From Lingula anatina (Eukaryota; Animalia; Brachiopoda): 64,000 nt of DNA. Shown here one piece after another: positions 53,146 through 64,000 of the stretch. The notes beneath the pieces are model-generated. The model was not told the origin of the DNA and did no database searches. It worked only from the letters and a program-made list of their open reading frames with translations. The stretch covers positions 13,578,001 through 13,642,000 of the forward strand of contig CM120646.1 of assembly GCA_051362555.1 (NCBI GenBank). Reading direction: 5' to 3'. Numbering within the stretch: position 1 is the first letter of the stretch; the number at the start of each line of letters is the position of its first letter. The position numbers and the translations under genes are program-made.

Positions 53146-54280
53146 TTAGAATTCAAAGACTATTAGCTTATACAGACGACACGGGTACGAGTCAGACTTC
53201 CATATGTGTTGGGGGGGGGGGGGGGGGGGGAGCGCTGTTCGACTTGCGCATAGACAGCAAAACACTTAAAGAACGAAAAAGCATGCATGAAACAAACCGC
53301 TAAATGCAAAGAAATTGCCCTTGCTTCTTATGAAAATAATTACAAGACAGTTTGTGGAGGCAATTTTGTCAGCATACGAAGGAATAATGCACATCATTGT
53401 TTTGAATAAATACACAAAGCTACAAAGACAAAGACGTTAAAATGTCGTCAGCAGTTATTTGTGTAATTGGATGCCATTTCGGATATTCTGTTTTTCCTGT
53501 TATTATGTATGTTGTTTGACGAAATTGTAATTAGAACTGATATAATATCTAATCGGATTTTGAAAACAATCCTTCTGATGTATTGAAAGAGCATTGCGTG
53601 TGTTAAAAAGCAACAGGCTATACCAGATCCAATTTTGTCACGAAAAGATTTAACACGAAATTTCCTGGCGCCCTTATTAACTTCTGAGTAGTTTCCGATC
53701 AACACCCGGCATTTTGCCAGAATTATGAGTACACGTAAACTCGACCTTTAAATTTTATTCTGTAGTGGAGATTGAACAGCTGCATTCGATTTTATAGTGT
53801 TGCAAAGCTTTATAAAGTGCATTTTACCGGGGCAAAAAAAATCATTCAAAATTATTTGACACAAACTTAATATATAGGACACATCTTTAAATCAACAATA
53901 ATTTAAAAGAAAATTTGAAGATACGAGTCATCAGAAGTTTCTGTTTTTTTTACTCTTCACACAGAAATAAATTTATTCATTTTCGTTTTTCTTGTCTTTT
54001 GTTTGCGGTTGTAATCTTGTTTTAAATCATTTAAAATTGAACGGTTGAAAGGACTCAGATTTTGTAATACGCAAATTATTAGATTAATTGAAAGAATTTT
54101 GCATGTTTAAAGAAACAATAGGTTAAACCAGATTTTGGACGAAATGAAATTAATTTGACATGTAAGAAACAAGTCCGTTCACACTCAGCTTGGACGAAAA
54201 AACATATTATTCGTCCAAGCACTGAGAAAAAAATGACTGTCTATCTTTCTTTTCATAGTCGCATTTACCGTGATCATCTG

Positions 54281-54330
54281 TTTATTTTATTTTATTTTAT
54301 TTTATTTTATTTTATTTTATTTTATTTTAT
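54281..54330. repeat. (TTTTA)n microsatellite
   Basis: About 10 pentamer units. Confidence 0.85.
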
Positions 54331-55263
54331 AAAAACAAAACAAAAGGAATTTTAGGTTATTTCTAGAAATTAAGCTTTTATAAACGAGGAGGAATGGAAG
54401 GTTAAACGGATGTTTTGAGCTGGAGCTTATTGTCATTCCATCTTTATCATGTACTGTAAACGCAATGGTTGGAGATTTGATATAGGTTTAAAGCCGTTTG
54501 TAAGGGAAATTATCCCAAAATGAGCATTTTTTTGGGAAAACAAGCAAATACAAGCAAATCCAAGACGGGTGTGTTCAGACAGTCCAAAAAATTTATTGAA
54601 CTTTTAATGTTATTTTAGCTTGATCAAATTCAAGAAAAAATCTACCTTTACACAAACGTGAATATAAATAAAATTCTTTTGTTTACATGGGGAGATGAGT
54701 CAGTTGTTTTTGTTGTTTCTTCAATCAACATATAAGACAAGAGGTTTTTTTTTCACCCAAAACAGTATCCGCCAATATTGCACGCAGGCCTACTTTTTCT
54801 TCGAGAACAGCTAGCAGACTAATTTATCGTTAAGTTCGAATAGGGAATTTTAACTTTTTTGACTGAAGTATGTGTCAAAATCCCAATAAAATCAGTTTCA
54901 ACCAGAAACTGAAATTGGACAAGGGAAAATAACCCGGGGTAAAAAAATCCATTAACGATGGTGAAATGATTCCGATGTGTTTCATATTCCAGCTACCGCA
55001 ATGTTTGCTGGTGGTCGTCACATGGCCATGTGCACTATTTATGACCTACATATATATTCATACACCCATGTAAACACGAGTGATAATTTTTGTGAAATAA
55101 GCAAATCTAGAAAGTGATTACCAAGGTTGTTGTGGTCCCCATATTCTCTGGCTTCCTAAGGATAACGATTGGTTAGTATTTGTAAATATTACTGATAGAA
55201 TGCGACGTATTTCGACATAATATGCACTACATTTTTGCGTATGTGTACGCGGAGTGAGCCAAG

Positions 55264-55296
55264 TATAAATAGAGGATGAGTGTAAATGTTGCAGTT
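55264..55296 (+). promoter_or_regulatory. Candidate TATA box and initiator of HEXIM
   Basis: TATAAATA at 55264-55271, with Inr-like GCAGTT at 55291-55296 at the expected spacing, ~110 nt before the ATG. Confidence 0.5.
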
Positions 55297-55400
55297 AGAG
55301 CCACATATGCCGTTGTCGTGGGTAGATGTGTCAATTGAAATGAGAAAATTTCCCAAAAGAAGCATATTGAAAGACAGTTATAGAGTGTATCGGAAGAAAA

Positions 55401-56363
55401 ATGGTTGACAGACCGATGGAGAGTGAAAATGTGAGCGTCTTTGTGACAGATAATTCTCTTACGTGCCCGGGCCCACAGCCCTTGTCCGAGGTCGCTGTTG
55501 ATGATGTCACTGAAGTTGAAGGGCGCCCAGGGACCAGACGAGCCCCTCGTGCAGAAAAGAGGGGGTCGGAGGAAATGGACGAGGGCTCATCAGGGGAAAA
55601 CGGAGTGTCGGGGAAGAAAAAGCATCGGCGCAAGCGCAAAGCCGGTAAACACCACAATAATCGCAAGTGGAAGCCGTACAATAAGTTGAGTTGGGAAGAA
55701 AGGAAGGCGTTGGAAGATCGCGAAGCCGTGCGTGCCAACCAGAAACGCCAAGATCGCTTCAACTCTGGGCATCCAGTCGCCCCTTACAATACCACGCAGT
55801 TCTTAATGGAGGACCACGAAGATCCAAATATAAAAAACTTAGAAGAAGATGAAACCCTTATCCAACAAAACAGACAGAATAGCAACAATTCTATGAATTC
55901 CTGCAGTCAAGATTCATCGGACGAGTATTTCTACGACTCGCCAAACGACGAGGAAATTTTTCTTGCGAAAGATTTCACTGAAACTTATGACAATATTCAC
56001 GCCGAGAGACTGGAGAGCATGAGCAAAGGGGAACTTGTCCGTGAGTATCTTGCAATGGAAACAAAACTTGAACAGATGGAGAAAAAAGTTAAGCGTTTAG
56101 AATCCGTGTCACCTTTGGAAGAAACTGGAAGTACAACGAGTAGTAATGGAAGGACAGAGACAGAAAACTTTGCAAATAATAACCAGACCGATTTGTTAGC
56201 TGATGATAATGACAGAGTCCCCCAAATTTCTGCATCCAAACTAAAGTCACCAGAAATTAATGATTATAACAGATTGCAGCAGGAAATTCGCCAACTACGT
56301 GAAGAAAACTGTCAACTTGCTAGAGAAAATAAAGGTCTAAGTACCCAGGACTCGTGTACATAG
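55401..56363 (+). CDS. HEXIM: HEXIM (P-TEFb inhibitor, 7SK snRNP protein), 320 aa, intronless CDS
   Basis: Uninterrupted ORF with the HEXIM motifs in order: basic RNA-binding KKKHRRKRK, WKPYNKLSWEE, Cdk9-inhibitory PVAPYNTTQFLM, an acidic tract, cyclin-T-binding FLAKDFTETY...HAERLESMSKGELVREYL, and C-terminal coiled coils. Candidate AATAAA at 57955-57960. Confidence 0.96.
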   Translation: MVDRPMESENVSVFVTDNSLTCPGPQPLSEVAVDDVTEVEGRPGTRRAPRAEKRGSEEMDEGSSGENGVSGKKKHRRKRKAGKHHNNRKWKPYNKLSWEERKALEDREAVRANQKRQDRFNSGHPVAPYNTTQFLMEDHEDPNIKNLEEDETLIQQNRQNSNNSMNSCSQDSSDEYFYDSPNDEEIFLAKDFTETYDNIHAERLESMSKGELVREYLAMETKLEQMEKKVKRLESVSPLEETGSTTSSNGRTETENFANNNQTDLLADDNDRVPQISASKLKSPEINDYNRLQQEIRQLREENCQLARENKGLSTQDSCT

Positions 56364-59300
56364 TAAAAATGGGTATTGTTAAGTCTTTGGTTGTTAAGAT
56401 CATGTTGAAATGTTAGGCCAGTTTTGTAGTATGAAAACAAGTAGGTTATTGTTTGATGGTGCCAGCAGTTTTAACACCTGATAATAAGGCTCAAGATACA
56501 CAGAAGCAGTATATTTTCTGTCAGCTTGTTCATTTGAGCAATCAAATTTTAATAAGGAGCTTATGCCCTTTAAAGTGGTTTGCCCAGTTAATTTTTTTTT
56601 TTTTTTGCCATTAAGAATAGTTACCATGTTTTATGAAAGCTGGTTAAAGTGCCTCAATTTTTGTTCAAGAAAGTTAAAAAGCTGTTTTATAAAGTGAGTG
56701 GGGCATAGCCTTGTTGAGCTGTAATTGTATCAGTAAATTGCAGAAATTTGCATCTACAATCTTGCTTCTGTTTCTATTTTAAGCCTTGTTGTTTTGGTCA
56801 AGGGCAGTGTGTAAGGAATCCACAGTACGTTGATCTAGGTAGCATTGGCAAGTGGGATGTTTTGATGGCAAAGGGAGTTTGTTTTTTTTTTTCTTCAAAA
56901 ATGTTACCTGAGGATTTGCATGAAACGGGCTGAGAAATTAACATTCCCATCATGTATCACTTACACTGCATTGAACTGGTTCTAGTCCAGTGGGGTTATT
57001 TTTATGAACAAACCTTAGACTGTCTGTAACAGTTACATTAACATTCCTGAAGTAGTCTGTTCCCTTGATGATAATACCTTTGTTAATGGAACACATCCAT
57101 GGTCGTTTACTGAGCTAGGTACATCATCATTTGGGTATAATTAAGAGTGGGAAGAAGAAAAATCTATTCTGTTTAATCAATGGGGGCTGATACTAATGCC
57201 TTGGTGTAGTATGCCGAGCAAATCTGGTTTTGCAGAATGTGGTAACATAAAGAAAATGCACTATTGATTTTACTGGGATCTGTAAATGAAAGTGGTATGA
57301 CAAAGTGGATTATATACATTCAAGTCTTTAGAAATTGTCTGTGTAAGCAGAGCCAGCAAGAGGATTATTTGCAGTTTTAATGAAAAGGTTTGTGGGTCCT
57401 CAGTAATGACAGTGTGTATGAAAGATATAAACTGATTTATTAGAAGGGGGCGATTCATTTATACTGCAACAAAATCTAGTCAGTTTTCCCCTTGATGTTT
57501 TATAAGAAAGCAAGGAATTTCCTTGCAATCAAACTCTTTTTAAACATCTCGTATCTAAAATGTTTAATGATTATATTATAATGTTATATAATTGATATGA
57601 TATTCTACCATGTTCGAGTAATTTTTGACTATTTTTTTGTGGTTGTTCAATCAAAGTGTATGTCCCTGTTGCATCAATCTTTGCCTGTACAATCCTGACT
57701 ATTCTAGTGCAGATGTTGCCCAATTATCTGTTTTTAAACGGGCCATTATACCAAGTTTAAATGGATGAAGTTTTAACCCATTTGTATGATTGATTTTGAA
57801 ATTACAGCCAGTATTTATATCAAATTCTAACAAATTCTCCTCTTGTTTTGGACTCTGATTTTTCCTTGGTCATTTTACAATTATTATTTCGTTGGCTGTT
57901 AAATTTTATTTTGGTGCTGAAAATCAGTTTATAGCCACCGAAGGCTACACGAATAATAAAACTTTAGGCAGTAATATTGATTTATATAGAAAAAAAAGGG
58001 TCACGTGCACCCAATTTATCAGTTACCAGATTTAGGCAGCACTGCGTGAACTAAAATACGTTAAAAACTGGATGTCACGGTACCTGTCATCAGAAGATGC
58101 AGGTTTGATGAATGTTCACATTATATTAAACACATTTGTTTCCCCCTGGAAACGAGGCAGCTATTAGTTATGTGGGGAAGTGCACTGGAGATACGTGACC
58201 TAGTCCGGGGGAGGGGGGGGGGGGTGGTTTTTTTTTTTTTGGGGGGGGGGGGGGATAGAGAAAATGTTTGAAAGTTAAGGGAAACTGTTACTACTGTCCA
58301 GTGTCATCACTGCCAATATTTGTTATATAAAGTGTTGTTATCGTCATGGTTATATACCAGCCACTGCATTTCCCTCCTGCCTCTCAGGACAGCAAGTGTT
58401 TCCAACCTCGCAGTCCTCATGATGTTGACGTCGGTTCAAATGGAACAGACTTGGTGGAGCTCTCTCTCCCCCCTCCTTCTAGGCCCCTCTCCCATAAAAA
58501 GCATTCAGGTCATAATGCGTTTGATCTATCAAAAAAGGTAATAATAATTATTATGATGATAACAATACGTCCATTTCTGAAAGAAATTTGATGCAACTAA
58601 AACAATTTTGAACTCGCCCAATTTTCTCCGGTCTTTTCGTCCTCTTGTCCTCTCTGGCGTAACATGAAAACTGGACAGTTGGAAACACTTGTATTAATGT
58701 AGCTGTTAAATACGATAGGAATAGGATGATGCATCACCAACAGGGCATCTTAGGGCTCCTCACCTGGGCTATATAGGTCTGCTACAGTGCTTAAGGTAGA
58801 AAGGGTGCTGGGGTGGAACTAATTTGAGACCAGGTGTATAATCATAATCCAAGAACAACTGACATTTTCCGGTAAATTATTTTTGGTGGATTGTTTTACC
58901 ACCTCTTTTTCCATTTAATCCGCAAATTCTCTCCCGTGCTCGTGATGCATCGTTCTTAGGCCTGCCGTTGTAGATTGTTATGTATTGATTTATGTATAGT
59001 GGGCTTGTTGCCAGTGTATTGAAATGTGTGGTGATTGACACCACGTTTCGGCCAGTTGACACAATTCTATGGAGTTATGCTGTTCATAAGTCATGTATGT
59101 TGAACGAGTCCTCATTTGTATTGTCATGTAAGAGCATGAGATTTAAGGTATAAGAGCCAGTTATCTGTATTCACTTGTTGAAAGTTACATCGGTATATCT
59201 AGAAAGGTTCTTCAGCAGAAATGAAAAGTTCGTGTTGCCAAGGTGTAATCCAGGCTACCAAGCGAATGCGTGAAATAGTTTGAGGTAATGTTTTTCAAAT

Positions 59301-62257
59301 TTGCTTTAAATAGTAGCTGGGCCTCTAGCTGTGGCACTCCTCCGTGTGGTAGAGCGAAGCACCTGTCTCCCTGATTGCTACCACCTGTCGGCGTCTTGAT
59401 TATCACGTACGGTGCAACTAGAGGTCCCGTGTAGGTGTCGTGCAAATTAACAATCTGCGCTCTGTTCCTGTTTTTTGAGTCGCTCAATATTAGAAAGTTG
59501 TATCAGCTGACGTGTCTGGCGAGATGAATGAGGACTCGAGTTGGCTTCTCTCATTAAGGTATAGCAGTTATCGAAGAGGTGATAAATGTGGAGGGATTAT
59601 ACACTTACTGCTATTTAGTGTCTTCGGAATTCTTTATAATTATTGGAGGATGTTTTTGAGCACACTTGTTCTGATTATTGGGACGTGTGCCGTCGTTTTT
59701 TATTTGATGCACGAAGCGCCATCTGACGAGGGTAATTATATGGCCAGGGAGCGGCTCTAACCATTTACTAAGGACCCAAGGTGCAGCTTGCATGCTCCGT
59801 ATACTTTCTCTGTGAAGGGAGTTTTATTAGATTAGAGTTGTATTTTTTTTTTTTTTTTTTTAGACTGCAGAGTCTGTGATACGATTAAGCGGCGAATGAA
59901 CAGTTCAACATTTCAATGAGAATGACTAAGTAGAAAAAAGGTTTTTAAAAAGAATTGATGAAAAACAAAAGAAAAATGTCAAATTGTTCATATATGAACA
60001 TTTTTGTAACAAAAAGGCAATAAAACATTTCAGTACACTTAACGATGTGTTTCGTCTTACATATTTATGTTTAACTTGGTGGTAAAAAAAAGATTACGTG
60101 AACATCTATTCGAGCGTCTTACAGTTCAGCAATTCGTTCAAGTTCCAGGTCTCGGAAGACTAGTAATTTGTGCCTTGAACACGACAATACGATAATGTAG
60201 GAAAAAAAATCAAGTTTTGCCAGTTGGATCGGAAAAGCGACTTAAAAATACCTATTTTCCCCATTTACTGGTGCGACACCAAATCACACCGGCAGCTAAT
60301 GCCGTGCGCTGCAGAAGTAATTGGAAACCCGTGTTCTCTCTTTCGCTGTGTAGATGTTATCACGTTCGAGTCATGGTGGTGGAAGTATTCTGTCTTGACA
60401 TTGTGCTGCTTATGTATTCCAAGAGAATACGAGACTGAGCTAGTTTCCTTTGAGCCTCTTTACGCCCTCGCATGTAACGTGGAGTAATCTTGTCTGCAGT
60501 ACGAAGTCAAAAAACACACATTCACATTTACGTAAGAAAAAAATGAGTGAAGTCGTGCACACAGAGTTACCGGAGTTACTCTATATTGCTGAGGAAGGCT
60601 TTTGCGGTATTCTCGCCCTTTCCACGCTAAGTCTCATGAGTATACCAACTGTAGGCCTATAGGGCCTACTTTTCCCATTTGAATAGAATTGCAACCGGTG
60701 TCTTGTGTTTTCTTGTGGCAGTTCAGTGCACCTTTCTTCAGCGATTTTGTATGTTAAACTTATAATCTGTTTGCATTCAGCGAGAGTCCCCGCGAGAGTC
60801 TATATTTTTTAGGTAGATAGAGGATATTGTGCTGGGGGGGGGAGAAAAAAGGAGGAGGGAGGGGGTACTGAACGCAAAGCAGACTTCACCAATCCAATCC
60901 CGACTGACCAAGCCTTGGTCAAGTCCTTAAAAAAGACTATAGGCCCTATCGTCTTGCTAGTGTAATATTTGACAGAGGCACGGGGTAACTTTTAAATCGA
61001 AATATAAGTTGTAAATCTTTTGAATATCATGATACTGTACACTGAAAGAATCAGAATAAGCAGCTCATCATGGCAAAAAACGATTTTTCAGAAAAAGAAT
61101 AGCCTTTAAAATTGCTGACTACAATGCCTGAAAGTAATATTGTTAACTTAAAACAACACACGCGTGCACCCACACAAACGTGTGTGTACAAGTACAGTAG
61201 GCCTATACAGGAACACACAAACGCAAACGTATACTACACTTCATTAAAGATGACATCAGCCTTTGAAGAGTAAAACGTCTCTTTCGTCCAAGCAACAACA
61301 AAGGTCAATCGATCCCTTATCTTGGTTATCTGGGGGGATTTTGGAGAACAGACGGCTGAAGAGGGGAGGAGAATGTCATGGACCACTCAATTTAGATCTC
61401 ATTTTATATGTTTGTGGAGGCAGTGCTGGTAGAAAGGATGGCTTGAAATATGTAGAATCGGTCTCTCTCTCTCTCATCCTATAGATTCAGATATTAATTA
61501 AGTGATAATCAACCTCTTATTTAAACAATGGTCTTTGTGACTCACTTAACACAACTGTCAAGTTGTTTACAGATATTTCATGCAGTGAGTGCAACATATT
61601 TAGTCGACAAAAATATGTCCTGAGACCGCATGTAGAAGGCAGCTAGGGACTGGCCACTGAAATCATAATACAAAGCAATACCCTTTTATGAGCCTATAAA
61701 TAGGCCAGGCAAGACTGAATGGAGTGGGTCATGGTTTACCTGATTCTGCGTCAATACTATGTTTATTTCTCCGCATCTAGGTCACCCCTTGGCCTTCGGT
61801 GGGCCCCTAGTGTACCACGTGATGCTTATTACGTAATTAATCTAGTGTGAGCGAAGCTGCATAAAAACAGCACAAGAAGATATATGCACCGTGCACACAC
61901 AGGGCAGTACAAAGAATACGACGTACGACTGAAATCAATAAAGCAGCCCATTGCTGTATGGGGAGGAAAAAAACGTAAATTGATGACCAGTTGTGTGCGT
62001 AGGCCCAGTGATACTTTGTAATATATGGTATTTGAAAATCAATAAATCTATGCACGGTGTAAACAATACTATTTGTTTGTATTATTTATGGAGATTTTCA
62101 TATATAGGCCCTACGTTTTTGTAGCTAGGCCATCATTTTACCTGTATACAAACCAGGGCAGCGTGTAGAAAACATTGGCGATTTATCACAACATTCGATT
62201 CCCGGTGCAGTGTTTTGCTGTGGTTGGGGCCTACTTGTATTTTGAAGAAGGGTCAGC

Positions 62258-62386
62258 GAAAGAGAAAGAGAAAAAGAGAGAGAGGATGCAAGGGAAGAAA
62301 GAACCGAGTAATAGAGAGAAAATTTTGAAGAGAAAAGAGAAGAAAGAAATGTAGAGATAAAGAAAGAATAAAGGCGACTGGAGAGT

Positions 62387-62421
<35 letters not shown>
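62258..62421. repeat. Polypurine (GA-rich) tract ending in (GA)n
   Basis: About 160 nt almost entirely A/G on the + strand, ending in a GA dinucleotide run. Confidence 0.8.
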
Positions 62422-62422
<1 letters not shown>

Positions 62423-62999
62423 GGCGAGGGAGAGAGGTCGGGGAGGAATAGATCGAGAAAGGGAGAGTGAATGGGGGAAAGGGGTCGGGGTAAGAGGGAG
62501 ATTAAGGTCGTCGTCACTCACGGAGGGCGTTGGAGCGATGTTGATTTGGTTGCCACAAAACGGACAAAATGTACCAGTAAAGGCCACTAAGCTATAATTA
62601 CATGATTTAGCATAATCAAATTAACTTTGACTTAAAGCAACTATATGGTACTGCTTCTGGCAAATAAAAAGTTTTGGGTCAATAACCTGCATAAAAGCCA
62701 AGTGGCAATCAAGAGAAAATAAAAGCCAAAGAAAGCATAACCGGAATCATATGTATCGGATTTAAGTTTTTTAGATTCTGACCTTTTTGCATATACTGCC
62801 AAAGCTTTTATATATTCACATGAAATTTTATTTGTAATCTTGATAGTGAAATTCCCATGCAATTCAAGTCACACACTTTTTTATTCATATTACAGAGATT
62901 AACATAAGATACCCAGAAAATATGTTTGAATATCCCGTAAAGATTTTACACTTTGTGACCCTGGTAGAGGGTACCGATAACCTCAAAGTGATGGACAAA

Positions 63000-63202
63000 G
63001 GCTGCATTCACATCCAAAGTTGATCCGAGGACTAACAGATCCGAGCATCAAATATGGCCGACCAGCTTGAAAGCTGACCACGTAATCCCCGAGGGAAATC
63101 TATTGTGTCTATGAGGGGATAATACGACAAGCTTTCAAGAAGGTCGGCCATTTTTGATCCGCGGATCTGTTCGACACCGGATCACCTTGTTCTGAATTCC
63201 CC
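63000..63202. mobile_element. Imperfect ~200-bp foldback element (probable MITE)
   Basis: The arms pair along most of their length: TGATCCG/CGGATCA, AACAGATCCG/CGGATCTGTT, ATCAAATATGGCCGACC/GGTCGGCCATTTTTGAT, CTTGAAAGCT/AGCTTTCAAG, ATCCCC/GGGGAT. No clean TSD. Confidence 0.6.
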
Positions 63203-63457
63203 TATAGTGTCACTGAAGGCTGACGCGATGGCCAAATTATAAGTATGTCCGATTATAAGTATATATGGTTCAGATGATTGCGGTTCACGTTTTCAAACAG
63301 TCATGTGCAGTAGATGGTACAATTTTCCGTTGAATGTGTTAGGTGTGACAGATCCCTTGAAGCAATTCTTAGACAACGTGCGCGTTGGCCGATACCAAAG
63401 AAAATAGGCCTACTTTAATCGTAAACCCAATCCCCTCCGTGTTTACCCCTTCCATAC

Positions 63458-63458
<1 letters not shown>

Positions 63459-63500
<42 letters not shown>
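63459..63500. repeat. (TAT)n microsatellite
   Basis: About 14 trinucleotide units. Confidence 0.9.
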
Positions 63501-63501
<1 letters not shown>

Positions 63502-64000
63502 CTTATTTAGTTTTTTTTTTTTTTTTTTTTTTGGGGGGGGGGGGAGGGCTTCTCCGTTTTTACCTCTAATGCAATATTTGACTGCCCTCTCGGAAGAGTA
63601 TGATTAATGAAACAGGTACTCCATAAAAACATTACTGTGATATGTAACTGGCGTTCTAAAAATATACAGTATCCTAGGATTCTACAACATAGTAGAAAAA
63701 GATACAGGCCTACCATTGCGCCAAAATATAGATTTACTCGCGTTCTTCACATATTTTATATCACGAAGGATGCAAATATGTGCTTTGCATATTAATCATA
63801 ACAAACAATTTTAATTAAAAAATATCTTACCATTCAACAACACATAGATTCACCTGCATAAACAATATAACACATAATTGTTTTCCAAATATTATAAAAA
63901 GTATTCAATACATAATTAAAGATAAAGAAAAAACTATCATAGACTGCAACCACCTCCACCCTCAAACTAACCTTCATTGAAGAATAAATAGAGAACAACA

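Noticed and set aside
59230-59480. Possible snRNA/RNase MRP/7SK gene (short motif resemblances, T-run at 59471-59476)
   Set aside because: Diagnostic motifs (MRP GGAAAGTCCCC, U11 5' end and Sm site, 7SK GATC stem) are absent; resemblances are only a few bases.
61770-61812. Helitron-like 3' end (GC-rich hairpin followed by CTAG|T)
   Set aside because: The hairpin is weak, no matching 5' end was found, and there is no second copy in the window.

Overview
AT-rich, intron-rich animal genomic DNA, probably from a marine invertebrate (lophotrochozoan-like; the taxon cannot be fixed from sequence alone). Four loci can be rebuilt exon by exon. (1) An Hsc70/HSP70 gene with 8 coding exons (+, 3461-8048, 645 aa, EEVD end). 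(2) Two intact tandem paralogues on the minus strand (9675-13392 and 15585-18924), each with 8 coding exons and encoding a ~355-aa single-barrel cobalamin-independent methionine-synthase-like ('core MetE') Zn enzyme. This family is typically prokaryotic and is unexpected in an animal. (3) A ~30-kb + strand gene starting head-to-head with that pair (CDS 29291-50484, ~584 aa). It encodes an N-terminal region, a probable winged helix and a C-terminal nucleoside-phosphorylase/MTA-SAH-nucleosidase-fold domain, and has two in-frame microexons. (4) An intronless HEXIM gene (+, 55401-56363). Non-coding DNA holds palindromic MITEs with 3-bp TSDs, TTAA-flanked Kolobok-like MITEs (one nested in another MITE) and microsatellites. 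The most interesting signal is the intron-bearing, duplicated, partly gene-converted core-MetE pair next to a nucleosidase-fold gene. All gene models were read by eye and need RNA confirmation.
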